From the NCBI GenBank assembly GCA_902797415.1, contig CADBSQ010000001.1:1-26023 (forward strand): a DNA stretch of 26,023 nt. The letters are read 5' to 3'. The stretch is from an uncultured Erysipelotrichaceae bacterium (GTDB lineage: Bacteria; Bacillota_I; Bacilli_A; RF39; UBA660). Position numbers and translations under genes: made by a program. Shown piece after piece: positions 25,665-26,023 of the stretch. A model generated the notes under the pieces. It made no database searches, was not told the origin of the DNA, and was given only the letters and a program-made list of their open reading frames with translations. Every line of letters begins with the position of its first letter. The first letter of the stretch is position 1.

Positions 25665-26023
25665 TTTCAGTTCTTGCAAGTGGATCAAAGGGTAATTGTT
25701 GTTTTGTCCAAACTGAAAATCTAAAAATTTTGATAGATGCCGGAATGTCCTTAAGATATATAAAAGAAAAACTCCAAGAGGTTAATTCTTCACCAGAAGA
25801 AATAGACTATATTTTAATAACACATACGCATAGTGACCACGTTAAGGGAATAAAATCTTTTATCAAAAAGTATAGCCCAAAAATTGTTTTAAGCGAAAAA
25901 ATGCTAGAAGATTTAGACTATTTAAACGATTATGGAAACTTAATCATTAATAAAAAAGAATTAGTCTTAGAAAATGTTAAAATTGATTACATTAAAACGA
26001 GTCATGATACCAGTGATTCAAGA
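25658..26023 (+). CDS. yycJ: MBL-fold metallo-hydrolase YycJ/WalJ (3' partial; missed by the ORF track)
   Basis: ATG 25658 gives MLVSVLASGSKGNCC...LIDAG...ITHTHSDHVKG...TSHD, open to the window end. It overlaps the M23 stop codon. Confidence 0.88.
   Translation, partial: MLVSVLASGSKGNCCFVQTENLKILIDAGMSLRYIKEKLQEVNSSPEEIDYILITHTHSDHVKGIKSFIKKYSPKIVLSEKMLEDLDYLNDYGNLIINKKELVLENVKIDYIKTSHDTSDSR

Noticed and set aside
1-26023. CRISPR array, tRNA/rRNA, transposase/integrase, DnaA-box cluster, alternative genetic code
   Set aside because: No spaced direct repeats, cloverleafs, recombinase motifs or clustered TTATCCACA boxes were seen by eye. TGA terminates several conserved genes, consistent with code 11.

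Overview
A strongly AT-rich chromosomal segment from a low-GC Bacillota bacterium using genetic code 11 (TGA is a stop). The gene content suggests a reduced-genome Bacilli lineage such as RF39/Erysipelotrichales-like; this placement is inference. All credible genes are on the + strand. Housekeeping blocks (secE-nusG, rplK-rplA-rplJ-rplL, rplM-rpsI, rpsF-ssb-rpsR, rplI-dnaB-M23 peptidase-yycJ) carry recognisable L1, L10 and S6:S18 leaders. They are interleaved with accessory genes: TfoX_N, a frameshifted PNPOx-like gene, an APH-family kinase, a Zn-PLC/CYTH/Sir2/DUF3781 cluster, a P-type ATPase, an Mrr-like protein, an FNT channel, a YtrA-type GntR-ABC operon with operator, a frameshifted GNAT, DUF6512 and an S41-like peptidase. 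No CRISPR array, tRNA, rRNA or transposase was seen. The best leads are: (1) an orphan promoter driving a structured, apparently non-coding RNA at 2839-3021, directly upstream of an orphan protein made of two diverged ~200-aa repeats; (2) ribosomal protein L11 with a 57-aa acidic tail; (3) absence of walRK-yycHI and gdpP from their usual positions; (4) a GNAT split at a canonical -1 slippery heptamer. I did not find a complete new system that the sequence alone proves.
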